NCBI GenBank assembly: GCA_028864975.1
Contig: JAGWLG010000051.1
Coordinates: forward strand, 1 to 14,706
Direction of reading: 5' to 3'
Origin: Thermoplasmata archaeon
Lineage (GTDB): Archaea > Thermoplasmatota > Thermoplasmata > Lutacidiplasmatales > UBA184
DNA: 14,706 bases
A program made the position numbers and the translations under genes. The notes under the pieces were generated by a model that was given only the letters and a program-made list of their open reading frames with translations, was not told the origin of the DNA and did not search any database. Below are positions 14,675-14,706 of the stretch, one piece after another (the first letter of the stretch is position 1; every line of letters begins with the position of its first letter).

Positions 14675-14706
14675 GAGCTACGTTCGGGCCTTCAAGAAGA
14701 CCCTCG
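14673..14706 (+). CDS. 5' end of a gene running off the window (MSYVRAFKKTL...)
   Basis: ATG 25-30 bp downstream of a TATA-like element, 11 open codons. Too short to assign. Confidence 0.4.
   Translation, partial: MSYVRAFKKTL

Noticed and set aside
1-14706. tRNA/rRNA genes, integrase, att sites
   Set aside because: No T-loop or cloverleaf, recombinase or att-like duplication was recognised, so the boundaries of any larger island cannot be defined here.

Overview
GC-rich accessory region, most likely from a high-GC archaeon such as a Thermoplasmata member (inference from COG3398-type tandem wHTH, zinc-ribbon proteins, a KaiC-like fold, sequon-rich secreted proteins and apparently leaderless genes). 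In order: (1) a lower-GC block with a wHTH+PIN-domain gene that the ORF track misses because it runs off the left edge, a 2-TM protein and an RHH protein; (2) two secreted or surface Ser/Thr/Gly-rich proteins converging on a 3-TM plus tandem-wHTH regulator pair; (3) a divergent AbrB / small Zn-finger pair; (4) a ubiquitin-like (beta-grasp) domain fused to a ~4-TM membrane domain, a PH-like protein, and a DUF5678 + retropepsin pair; (5) a complete IS21 element (7850-10296, TG...CA ends, 24-bp subterminal repeats, 4-bp CCGA target duplication); (6) a frameshifted zinc-ribbon membrane gene, a RecA/KaiC-fold protein lacking Walker A, a double zinc ribbon, a truncated abiEii behind an intact abiEi, a DUF1801 gene, a probably 5'-truncated TPR gene, and an operator-like palindrome before a gene starting at the right edge. 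The most novel-looking item is the Ubl-membrane fusion next to PH-like and retropepsin genes. All family calls come from motif recognition by eye; no database searches were run.
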